Positions 33,001 through 42,743 of a stretch of DNA of 64,000 nucleotides are shown piece by piece. The DNA is from Azolla caroliniana (Eukaryota > Plantae > Polypodiophyta). The position numbers and the translations under genes were made by a program. The notes below the pieces were generated by a model, which saw only the letters and a list, made by a program, of their open reading frames with translations, had not been told where the DNA came from and did no database searches. The stretch spans positions 17,050,001 through 17,114,000 of the forward strand of contig JBHGNT010000008.1 of NCBI GenBank assembly GCA_043228905.1, read 5' to 3'. Numbering within the stretch: position 1 is the first letter of the stretch; each line of letters opens with the position of its first letter.

Positions 33001-35439
33001 GCACTCGAGGATCCGGCCGAAGACGGTGAAGAAACAAAACCGGCCGAAGAAGATGAAAATGATACCGGAACCGGCCCCGATCCCGAAATGGATTCGGATG
33101 AAGAAGAATCGGAAGAACCGGTTACCGAAGCTCCGGAACGGAGATATCCTCTAAGAGAGAGAAGGGCCCCCCGGAGATTTCCGGAACCAGAGCACGTGTT
33201 GCTAACCGACGAGGGGGAGCCGGAGAGCTTTGAAGAAGCAAAGGATGACACCCAGAGCCGCAAGTGGTTAAGTGCCATGCAAGAGGAGATGGATTCCCTG
33301 CATGAGAACCACACATATGAACTTGTGGAGTTGCCGAAAGGAAAACGGGCGCTCCGTAACAAGTGGGTGTTCAAGCTGAAACCGGGAGATGCCGGAAACC
33401 CCCCGAGATACAAAGCCAGGATCGTGGTGAAGGGGTTTCAGCAGAAGAAGGGCGTCGACTTCGACGAGATATTTGCCCCGGTAGTGAAGATGACCTCCAT
33501 CCGGACGGTGCTGAGCATAGCGGCAAGCATGGACCTCGAGGTAGAACAGATGGACGTGAAGACGGCATTCCTTCACGGTGACCTCGAGGAAGAGATCTAC
33601 ATGCAGCAACCGGAAGGATTCGAGAAGAAAGGGAAGGAGCACCTGGTATGCCGGTTGAAGAAGAGCCTTTACGGACTGAAGCAGGCTCCCCGGCAATGGT
33701 ACCGGAAGTTCGACTCCTTCATGACCGACGAAGGGTACCTCAAAACGCAGTCCGACCACTGCGTGTTTGTGAAGAAGTTCGAAGGAGGAGACTCTCTAAT
33801 ACTCCTCCTGTACGTGGACGACATGTTGATCGTCGGACGGGACCAGGTCAAGATACGGATGCTGAAGAAGGCTCTTCACCGAACCTTCTCAATGAAGGAC
33901 CTGGGTCCGGCGAGGCAAATATTAGGGATGCACATCATCCGGGACCGGAAGAAGAAGCAGTTGTGGCTGTCACAGGAGAAGTACGTGACGAAGGTGCTTC
34001 ACCGGTTCAACATGTCGGAAGCAAGACCGGTCGGATCGACACTCCCGGCAAACTGCAAGCTGTCCAGCAAGCAAAGTCCCAAGACAAAGGCTGAAAAGGA
34101 GGACATGATGAAAGCACCATATGCCTCTGCTGTCGGAAGCTTGATGTACGCAATGGTGTGTACAAGACCGGACATAGGATATGCAGTCGGAGTGGTGAGC
34201 CGGTACATGAGCAATCCCGGCAAGGAGCACTGGAACGCGGTCAAGTGGATACTCCGATACCTGAAGGGCACGGCAAACGTGTGCCTCCGATTCGGCTCCG
34301 GTAAGCCCGAACTCGACGGCTTCACCGATTCGGATATGTCGGCTGATGCAGATACCAGCCGGTCCACATCAGGGTATGTGATGACGTATGCAGGGGGAGC
34401 TGTTTCATGGCAGTCGAGGTTGCAGAAGACGGTTGCGTTGTCAACCACGGAGGCGGAGTACATGGCGGCTGTTGAAGCCGGCAAGGAAATAATATGGATG
34501 AAGGATTTCATTAAAGAGCTCGGTATCTGGCAGGAGGAGTACCGACTCTACTGCGACAGTCAGAGTGCCATCCACCTTGCGAAGAACGCGGCCTACCATT
34601 CCCGGACGAAACATATCCAGCGTAGATACCACTGGATCCGGGAGAGGATAGAAGACGAGGAGTTCGTGCTGACGAAGATCCACACGGACGAGAACGGGTC
34701 GGATATGCTGACCAAGGTGCTCACACCCGACAAGCTGGAAGCATGCCGGAAGAGGATTGGATTGGAGAGACATCCCATGCCGAAGTGAAGGGGGAGTTTG
34801 TTGGGATTTCGGTCCCTCCGGATGGGATGTCCCCGGAGATAAATGACGGCAAGCCGGTTACGGTTACGGAGCCGGATGCTGAAGACCCCGGTTACGGAGC
34901 CGGATGTTGAAGACCCCGGTTACGGAGCCGGATGCTGAAAACCCCGGTTACGAAGCCGGATGACGAATGTACCCGGAGAGAGATCCGGATGCGGGGACAT
35001 ATTTGTGAATATATTTGCCAAGAGCCCTTGAGGCTATATTTGTAAATAGCCCGAAAGTCATATGTGTATAAATATGACTTAGGGCAAACAGTTTGTTGTT
35101 GTTGCTCATTTTCTGTTTTCCACTGAGAGGAAGCGAAGTGAGAGTAGCCGAGAGAGAGAGAGGAAAAGAGGAAGGAAGAGGTCGACGCCTCTGTGTAATA
35201 CCGCCGCCTGTGGCGAGGACAGCGAGCTCAAGGTCGTCGCCTTGCAGCTCGCCATTGTACATTCCCCGCGTATAGGGATAGTTGGAGTCTTGCACTCCCG
35301 TGGTTTTTTCCCATTTAGGGTTTTCCACGTAAAACATCCAGTGTACACTTCTCTCCATTGTTTTCGTGCATTCTTGTATTTCCCGCTTTCTGTGAATCAA
35401 ACCTGTTCCTCGGTTGTGGCCGAGCATTGGTTTACAACA
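30071..35439 (+). mobile_element. Element F: structurally intact Tnt1/Tork-like Copia
   Basis: LTRs 30071-30683 and 34799-35439; PBS iMet 30687-30698; PPT 34788-34796; TSD TCTCG/TGTCG. Confidence 0.96.
30715..34788 (+). CDS. F gag-pol polyprotein (~1357 aa, uninterrupted)
   Basis: CFHCGKPGHFRKNC, WVVDSGAS, HTD..RADNGGEY..AER integrase, YVDD RT, DSD..TEAEY..CDS RNase H; first ATG after the PBS. Confidence 0.95.
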   Translation: MEGGGSGPPGMMVLNSQNYADWKIKMEDLLIVRDLYEPIDNAEIPKGVIESEWKLLNRKAVATIRQYVDVSVLQHVANDTNAYEMWKKLSGLYERKNALNRTSLMRKIVNLKYRDGENMVEHVSTFMGFVNQLAAIKFPLEDAMQAIILMCTLPDSWENLVVTLSTSCTEDNLSLQTVKTSILNEEARRRDKEPASDSKALVTESERGRQWNRSPQRREKSGTRSQSRGRPTCFHCGKPGHFRKNCRHYRKDNGADDTDSKKSPERNGAYRGPTDRGGPDRRGQDRKGTTALAASEEEIMLITEERELNLAGEEMTWVVDSGASFHLTPEKKYFSSYTAGEHGCVRMGNEGTCRIAGIGDVWLMTSTGCKMLLKDVRHVPEVRLNLISAGRLDDEGYTGSIRNGVMKFSKGSLIVARARKANTLYLMNARLCPEELNVAADTAGELWHKRLCHMSEKGMKRLAEDNLIPVKHVHLEKCTDCLAGKQNRTSFHSRPPMRRSVPLELVHTDVCQVETKSHGGAQYFVTFIDDHSRKLWTAPLKTKDQVLSVFKELHARVERESGKKLKAIRADNGGEYRGQFQEYCRSKGIRLEFTVPKTPELNGLAERMNRTIMERVQSMLAHAKLPKGFWAEAMSTTTYVINRSPSVPLDGDTPQKVWTGKEVSYRHLKVFGCLAYVHVAKDRRGKLDPKTRPCIFLGYGDNEFGYRVWDPVDKKIFRSRDIIFMENKTLADWESEKKMKSSKSTGEDQLYEEQSRPARDRLALEDPAEDGEETKPAEEDENDTGTGPDPEMDSDEEESEEPVTEAPERRYPLRERRAPRRFPEPEHVLLTDEGEPESFEEAKDDTQSRKWLSAMQEEMDSLHENHTYELVELPKGKRALRNKWVFKLKPGDAGNPPRYKARIVVKGFQQKKGVDFDEIFAPVVKMTSIRTVLSIAASMDLEVEQMDVKTAFLHGDLEEEIYMQQPEGFEKKGKEHLVCRLKKSLYGLKQAPRQWYRKFDSFMTDEGYLKTQSDHCVFVKKFEGGDSLILLLYVDDMLIVGRDQVKIRMLKKALHRTFSMKDLGPARQILGMHIIRDRKKKQLWLSQEKYVTKVLHRFNMSEARPVGSTLPANCKLSSKQSPKTKAEKEDMMKAPYASAVGSLMYAMVCTRPDIGYAVGVVSRYMSNPGKEHWNAVKWILRYLKGTANVCLRFGSGKPELDGFTDSDMSADADTSRSTSGYVMTYAGGAVSWQSRLQKTVALSTTEAEYMAAVEAGKEIIWMKDFIKELGIWQEEYRLYCDSQSAIHLAKNAAYHSRTKHIQRRYHWIRERIEDEEFVLTKIHTDENGSDMLTKVLTPDKLEACRKRIGLERHPMPK

Positions 35440-35607
35440 TGTCGCGTATCCGGGAGCCATGTCGACGGGTCGGTCTTTGTGCACTCCTTTGATGTAGCTC
35501 CAATAGCCTTGTCCGACAAGGTATTGGTGCATCTTGTACTCCCAAGATGGGAAGTTGTTTCGATCCAACTTCTCGGTAGGGAGAGCGCTCCCCATTTGAG
35601 CATTCAT
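35440..35607 (-). pseudogene. B gag N-terminus
   Basis: MNAQMGSALPTEKLDRNNFPSWEYKMHQYLVGQGYW; joins 30065 as GYAT|WEQAA. Confidence 0.88.
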
Positions 35608-36333
35608 TATGTCGATTCTTCTTCGTCTTCTTCTCTCTTTGAATGCGAGCTATGTAGCGAAGCTACGATAGCGATGAGCCAGTTATTGGTCGTCGGCGTG
35701 AAGCACAACACACGATCACGATGAGGCGAATGGGCTAGATCGAACTACCAAATCGCTCTGATACCATGTAAAGAATCAAGAGATGGATTCTTGTGAAGCG
35801 GAAGAGATATGAGTTATGTGTGTGTATGAGAGAGAGAGAGTGTGAGAGAGAGAGACAAGGAATAAGACACAGAGAATACGCAAGGTAAGAGTATATTAAC
35901 AAAGGAGAAAGACTCAACATTATACAAAGTGGGAGGAGGGTGCTTTATATAGTCACCCTCTCTCTTCATTAACTACAAGACTCATGGAGCATGGGGAATG
36001 TGAAAGCTCATAAGTTATGTGTCATAGAATATGATTCTATGACTCATACTAAATGCTAGAATACAAAGTGGTGACATAGTGGTGACTCTTGACCATTGGA
36101 GTGTCTATTCACTCTCAAGGTGAGTTCACACACTAGACCAAGTTGAGCTTGATTCTCAACAAGGCTTAAGATTGGCGTTGAACCAATTTGGTTCAAAATA
36201 ATGCGTTGTGCCTCCTTTTATAGTGCTCTGAGGAGTAGTCCTGAAGCTTCTAGAATGTTCTAGAGAAATCTGGAATATACATTAATTTTCTATAGTAAAA
36301 CTTAAATGAAAATTTTGTCCTATCTATTACAAT

Positions 36334-36400
36334 AGATAGTGGAATGGTCAAGAGCTCGACCCATATAACATAAGGTCATGGGTTCGAGTCTTGCCATATC
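36334..36400 (+). ncRNA. tRNA-like Pol III module at the U3 edge of the A LTR (also 40323-40389; related copies on - at 22610-22672 and 22831-22893)
   Basis: A box TAGTGGAATGG 36337-36347 and B box GGTTCGAGTCT 36381-36391, starts 44 nt apart as in tRNA genes. Confidence 0.65.
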
Positions 36401-36419
36401 ATGACATTATCCCCATCTT

Positions 36420-39400
36420 AAGACGATGAGTGTAACGAGTCAACATTGATTGAGGACTGGGTTTGTCCGGATACTATCGGTGGAAATCAGCAAGAAGATC
36501 CTGAGCATTGGCGACATGCTCGACGGGTTCCCAAGTACATTCACTCGGACTATAGTCGAGCCAATCGACCAAATAATAAAGTTTGTTGCGAATGAACTTG
36601 GAGTCGAGGATAGTAGCAACTTCATACTCCGGGTCGGTGCCCAACTCAAGCGGGGGCGGCGGTGGTGTAACACGATCAGGGAATAGTGTTGGCCTTATAA
36701 TGTTCAAAGAAGAGAACTATGGAAGACCGGATGTATCTGATGGACCTGCGGAGGAAGATCAAGGCAGAACATGACATCATTAATTTTACCGGTAATACGG
36801 AAAGGACCAAGTCGTTGATAGACCAATTTGTCACACGGTCGAGTAGTCTTGATGTGACGACGTAAGAGCCATACTCAATCTCCGATGGCGAAAGGGGAGG
36901 GAAGCCCATGACGATCCGCATAAGTCTTTTGTGTGTGTTGAGCATGACGAAGATGAGTAGATAGATCTATCTGAATCTTGTGTAACCTCTCCAAATGATC
37001 CGCGGCACGAGGATTGGTTGGTAGCTCTAGGGTGTCGATCACAGACTAGTGAGGATGAAAACCAGTATAAGCGTAAAATGGGGAGACCCGAGTTGAGGAG
37101 TGAATAGCGTTATTATAAGCAAACTCCGCAGAGTGGAGAATATCAGCCCAATCGTCCTGTTGGTAACTTAGAAAACACCGGAGGTATTGTTCCAGCATTT
37201 GATTTGTTCGTTCCGCCTGCCCATCGGTCTGGGGATGGTTGTTGGGGGAGAGGTTGCAAGAGACATTGAGCATCTTAAAGAGATGCTTCCAAAATTTGGA
37301 GACAAATTGAGGTCCTCAGTTACTGATGATACTGTCTAGGAGGCCATGATGCCAAAATACCTCATGCATGACAAGGGCGGCGGTTTCTTCACTTGTGATG
37401 GCCTTAGTACAAGGCACAAAATGTGCCATCTTAGTATATCGATCGACAACGGTTAAGATAGCATCGAAACCCTTCGAGACTGGAAGATCTGTGATAAAAT
37501 CAAGACAAATGGACTGCCACGGCTTACTTGGAATTGGTAAGGATTCCAACAAGCCATATGGATGATGTTGTGGAATATTTGCTCGGCAACAAGCATCACA
37601 GGCAACAAAATGTCACATATGGGGCCACCAAAAAGCTCGTTGAACTAGATCCAACGTCTTAGTACTACCGAAATGTCCCGTTGTATGGGTGTCGTGACAA
37701 TTTTGGACGATTTGAAGGCAACATGAGCAATCGGGAACATATACGAGCTTTTTAAAGAATAACAAACCATCATGATATTTGAATTGTTGGTAGTCCATAC
37801 CTAGTTGTTGAGATTGGGAACAGGATCCCTGAGAGGTATCAATTTGCGCTAGAATGGCTTGAGCAAAATTGTCCGTCTTCAAGTTGGCACGTATGGCATC
37901 GATAATTCGGGAATCCAATGGAGTATGAAAAATCCGTGTTTAGTGCAAACGTGTTGGTCCCAAGATTACCTGCTTTTGATTATCAAATGCTGGATCACCA
38001 GGACGAGGTGCAAGATATGAACGTCACAATAGTGCATCTGCTTTTCCTTGCTGCTCCCCCGGCCGATATGTGATTTTGAAGTCAAAACGCGTGAGGAATT
38101 GGGCCCACCGAGCTTGCCGTCGATTTAGTACACGAGCATTCTGGAAATAAGCAAGATTTTTATGATCACTGAAGACGATGACCTAATGTGGAGAGCCCTC
38201 TAAGAAGTGCCGCCATTGCACAAATGAATCCACGGTGGCTAATAACTCCTTGTCATGTATCTTGTAGTTGATTTCTACGACATCAAATTTGCGCGAATGG
38301 AAAGTCACAAGATGTAACTTTTCTTTATCTCCTTGTTGTGAAAGGATGCTACCGAGGGCGAAATCCGATGCGTCGGTCTCCATGATAAATGGTTTGTTTG
38401 TATCCACATGAGCTAGAATAAGAGCTGATGTAAAGGCTTTCTTAAGATGCATAAAAGCCATGTCCGCTTCAATGGACCAAAGAAATGCCTGTCCTTTCTT
38501 GGTAAGCTGTGTGAGAGGCAAAATAATCTTCGAGTAATCTTGTATAAACTTGCGGTAGAAGTTAGCAAAGCCTAGGAAACATTGTACATCTCGTAATGAA
38601 CGTGTAGTTTGCCACTCTAGCACAGTTTTGACTTTAGCTGGATCCATGGAGATGCCCTTTGACGAGATGACATAGCCTAGAAATTCCACTTGCTTGTAGT
38701 CAAAACTACATTTTTCTAGTTTGGCATAAAGACCATTCTCTCGGAGTCGTTTTACTCTTCTTCTAATTGACTAAGGATTTCAAATTTGTTTGAGATTCCT
38801 GGGCTATTAGTTCTATTAATACTATCAGACACTCCTAAGGGAATTGACTCGGGTTTAGTACAGGTTATGATTTGATTTACCTGTCTTCTTGGCCTATGGG
38901 GACAGTTGATTGCGATATGCCCTCCCTGGTCCACCACAATAAAGACATAATCGATTTGCACGTCGTCATTGATTTTCTTCTTCCGATAACGGGCCACATC
39001 GATGCATGGTGTCAATCTCCATCGGTGTTGGAGTATTTGCCTAAGACACATCTGGTGCAAACAGTTTAGCTGCGACTGAGGCATATGTGGGCTCCGGCCT
39101 AGGGCGTGGTATTTGTAATTGACGTTCCGAACGTCGTTCGAAAAGGCGGTTGTCGCATCGGACCGCTCGACTGATTGCCTCTATAAGAGACTTTGGTTCT
39201 TCGGGGAAGGTTAAAAGTAAATCTTTGACATCGTTTTGCAGGCCATAGCGAAACTGCTCCTTTAGTGCCTGATCACCCCAGGGAATATCTGAGGCGAGTA
39301 GACGGAAATCCGCCGCGTAGGCAGAGGCTAGATGATCGCCTCGACGCAATCGTCGGATTTTGTTGATCGTCGTCCTGATGTTGTCGGCATCTCCAAAGCA

Positions 39401-39880
39401 GGCTTTAAACTCGCTAATAAAGTCTTCAAAGTTATTAAGCAAGGGCGATTGTTTTTCTAGAAGCGGAGCGAACGATGCCAAGGCTGAGCCGCTAAGCAAC
39501 GTGCCTATTAGGCCTACTCGGGATGCATCAGTGGGGTATCGGGAAGGATGCATTTGAATGACTAAGCGTACCTAATTAAGGAATCCCCTGAATTGTGATC
39601 GCGTTCCATTGAATTTCACAGGAAGTCCAATCTTGGGCTCTTTATGAAATCCTTGGGGACTTCATCCTTATTGTTGCAACGCTACGATGGTTGCTTCGAG
39701 TTGTTGTACACGTAATGCTAACTCCCCATGTTGTTGTTGTGTTTGCTGTTTTTCTAGAGCGATTTGTTGAAGATCCCCTAACAATCGTCGGTTTTCTTGT
39801 TCCAATGCAACGAATTTTTCTTTTAGACACTGTAGCTCGGAAAAAACGGATTGATATTCTTGGGCGCTAACAATAGCCAT
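36420..39880 (-). pseudogene. A gag-pol remnant: gag, RT end/RNase H, integrase, chromodomain; protease and most RT deleted near 38750
   Basis: FLGFANFYRKFI, ETDASDFA, HDKELLA, DFITDLP, HPQTDGQAER, EYEVATILDS..YYLVDW..TWEP. Confidence 0.9.
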
Positions 39881-40065
39881 AGTATTGGAAGAAAAAAACA
39901 GGTAAGAGGATGAGGGAAACCGAAAAGAAGACTAGAGGAAAAAATTGGTTCAAACTGTTAGGAATAGTACTAAAACAGAGAGAGAATTAGTACTGGAGAA
40001 GGGAAGTACTATTAGTACTAAGAGGATGGGACTGCGTAAGACTCCCGAGAGAGGAAGAGAGAAAA

Positions 40066-40116
<51 letters not shown>

Positions 40117-40395
40117 GAGAGAGAAAGAGAGATGATGATAACAGATGATATATTATATAGAAGAGTAAATACAAAATAGTTATGAGGCTTAAGACTGGCA
40201 TTGAACCAATTTGGTTCAAAATAATGCCTTGTGCCTCCTTTAATAGTGCTCTCAGGAGTAGTCCTGAAGTTTTATTTTCTATAATAAAACTTAAATGAAA
40301 ATAATATCCTACGTATTACAATAGATAGTGTAATGGTCAAGAGCTCGACCCATATAACATAAGGTCATGGGTTCGAGTCTTGTCATATTATGACA

Positions 40396-42116
40396 TCGGC
40401 CACTTCATGAGCTCATATGTGTGGTTCTCATGTAGGGAATCCATCTCGTCTTGAATGTCACTTAGCCACTCTCTATTGTGGGTGTCTTTCTTTGCTTTCC
40501 TAGCTCCCCATTGTCGATTAGCAACACATATTCTTTCTCTGGAAATCTATGGGGAGCCATCTCTCTCTGAGAGGATATCTTCTTTCTCCAGTCGACACGG
40601 TCGGCACCTGCTTGACTTCTTCATTCGTCTCTTTGCCTAAGTCGGAATCAGGTCTATGTTGGTTCAACTGTCTCCTCTCGATTGGTTCCTCCTGTTCCTC
40701 AGTTGGCTCTTGACTTTGTCGACTATCTCCTCGGTCGACTCCCGACTTGCCTCCGGTCGACTTGACTGTCGGCCCAACTCCGAATTCAGTTGACTCTTCT
40801 AGTTCTTCACTCGGTGTTTGACTTCCGATTGGTCATGAGGACGTGTGCAACTTCTTTTTCTCCTAGTTGACAATAGTCTTCTCCTCCATGAAGACTATGT
40901 CTTGGCTCCGAATGACCTTCTTGTCAACTAAGTCCCATAGTCGGTAGCGAAATTCGTCATCGTCGTATCCCCGAAATATGCATGGCCGAGATTTTGGATC
41001 TAGTTTCCCCCTTTGGTCCTTAGCCACATGCACCTAGGGAAGACAACCGAACACCTTCAAATGTCGGTACAATACGTCTTTGCTGGTCAACACCCTTTGT
41101 GGAATGTCTCCATCCAAGGGTGTTGAGGGTGATCTATTTATCACGTACACTACTATCATCAATGCCTTAGCCGAAAACGTCTTGGACAACTTGGCATGTG
41201 TTAACATACTTCGGACCCTCTCCACGATGGTCTGATTCATCCTCTTGGCCAACCCATTGAGTTTTGGCGTATTCGGCACGGTATACTCGAGGCGGATTCC
41301 CTTCAACCGACGGTACTATTCGAATTGTCCTCAGTATTCTCCACCGTTATCCGCTCGGATTGCTTTCAGTTGCCGGTCAATCTCTTGTTCGACTCTCGCT
41401 TGGAACTCTCTAAAGACTGACAATACCTGGTCCTTGGTCTTCAGGACGGAATCCCACAACTTCCAACTACAATCATCAATGAAGGTTACAAAATATTGTG
41501 AACCGGCATGTGACTTAGTATCTACGTAGCATACGTCGGTATGTATGAGTTCCGGCGGCATTCTCTTCCTTGTCGGGGTCCTAGTTCGAAAGGAGGTTTT
41601 GTTTTGCTTCTTGGCCAAACAATCGGTGCACTTCTCGAATTGCACGTTCTTCACCTCCGGGATGAGGTTGTCATCAGCAAGTCTCCGCATCCCCTTCTCA
41701 CTCATGTGTCACAACCTCTTGTGCCACAACCTCTTGTGCCACAACTCACTGACTGAGTCGGCTGCCACATTCACTTCTTCCCGGCATATTCAAGCATCCA
41801 TTCGGCATAGTCTGTTGGTCTTCCAAGTTCGAGCCACAATCAAGCTCCCTTTGCAGAACTTCATGACACCATTCCGGATGCTACCCGTGTAGCCTTCTTC
41901 ATCCAGCCGACTGGCTAATATCAGATTAAGTCGGACTTTCGAAACGTGTTTGACATCCTTCAACACTAGTCGACACCCGGTTGATGTCAAATGAAACGAC
42001 GCACCTGAATCGACCACCTGTGTCGATTCATCGTCAACAAGATTTAGTTTGTTTTGCTCACTGATGAGCAACGGTTCCTTTTCACTTGTCGCAATTGCCG
42101 ACGTGCCTTTCCACAC
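40396..42116 (-). pseudogene. Element Z right piece: protease, integrase, RT start
   Basis: VVDSGASFHL, IRADNGGEY, YRHLKVFGC; clearly homologous to the F polyprotein. Confidence 0.88.
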
Positions 42117-42743
42117 TTCATAGGCATTGAAAATGATATAGATGTCAAGATGACATTATAGGCATGGAAAATTTGACAATGCATTCATGTTAAGGCATGC
42201 CTAAAAAATATTGTCTTTCATATATCATGTATTAGACTTTAGGCATCCCCACGACTTTGATCACAAGTGATGAATACATGAGAAAAGAAGAAATCTTCAC
42301 ACATGCTTAGTTTTGCAGATCTCAAGTGTCTTGAGTAATGGACACATGAGATAAGAATAAATGTTCATGTATGTTTGGTTTGAGATCATCATCGAAGAGT
42401 GGTGAGACAAAGGACCGATGAGATAACAGAGAAGTACATGTATGTGCTTCAACTCGGATGAAGAAGAAACCCTTCATACATGTTTCGGCCGAGAGCGGTC
42501 ATCGGAAAAGAAATTACTAAACTTTCTCGGCGAGAGCTATATGTATATTACTTCTAGTGTGACAAGGTCAGCCAAGAGAACACCATTTTGCCAAGCCTTT
42601 TTCGTCAAGGAGAGACAAACTTTGAATTAACTCATGAATAATATAAGAACTCTTTTTATTAACTCATGAATGATATAAGAACTAAGAACAGAAGAAACAA
42701 GTTTGTGAAGGTTTGTGGGCGAAAAGCTCCACCCCCATGGGCC

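Larger units (their letters stand above)
11888..36161 (-). mobile_element. Element B: Ty1/Copia, ~5.6 kb without nested C, D, F
   Basis: 395-bp LTRs 11888-12282 and 35767-36161 (about 4 differences by eye); TSD AGGCT at 11883-11887 and 36162-36166; PBS iMet 35755-35766; PPT at 12283. Confidence 0.95.
11699..40395 (-). mobile_element. Element A: Ty3/Gypsy chromovirus (Tcn1/Tf1-sushi-like), ~4.4 kb once the nested B is removed; internally deleted
   Basis: 5' LTR 39956-40395; 3' LTR split 11699-11887 + 36162-36406; TSD TCGGC at 11694-11698 and 40396-40400; PPT next to 36407. Confidence 0.93.

Noticed and set aside
34948-35607. 219-aa ORF
   Set aside because: B gag start reading into the antisense F LTR; product of the insertion
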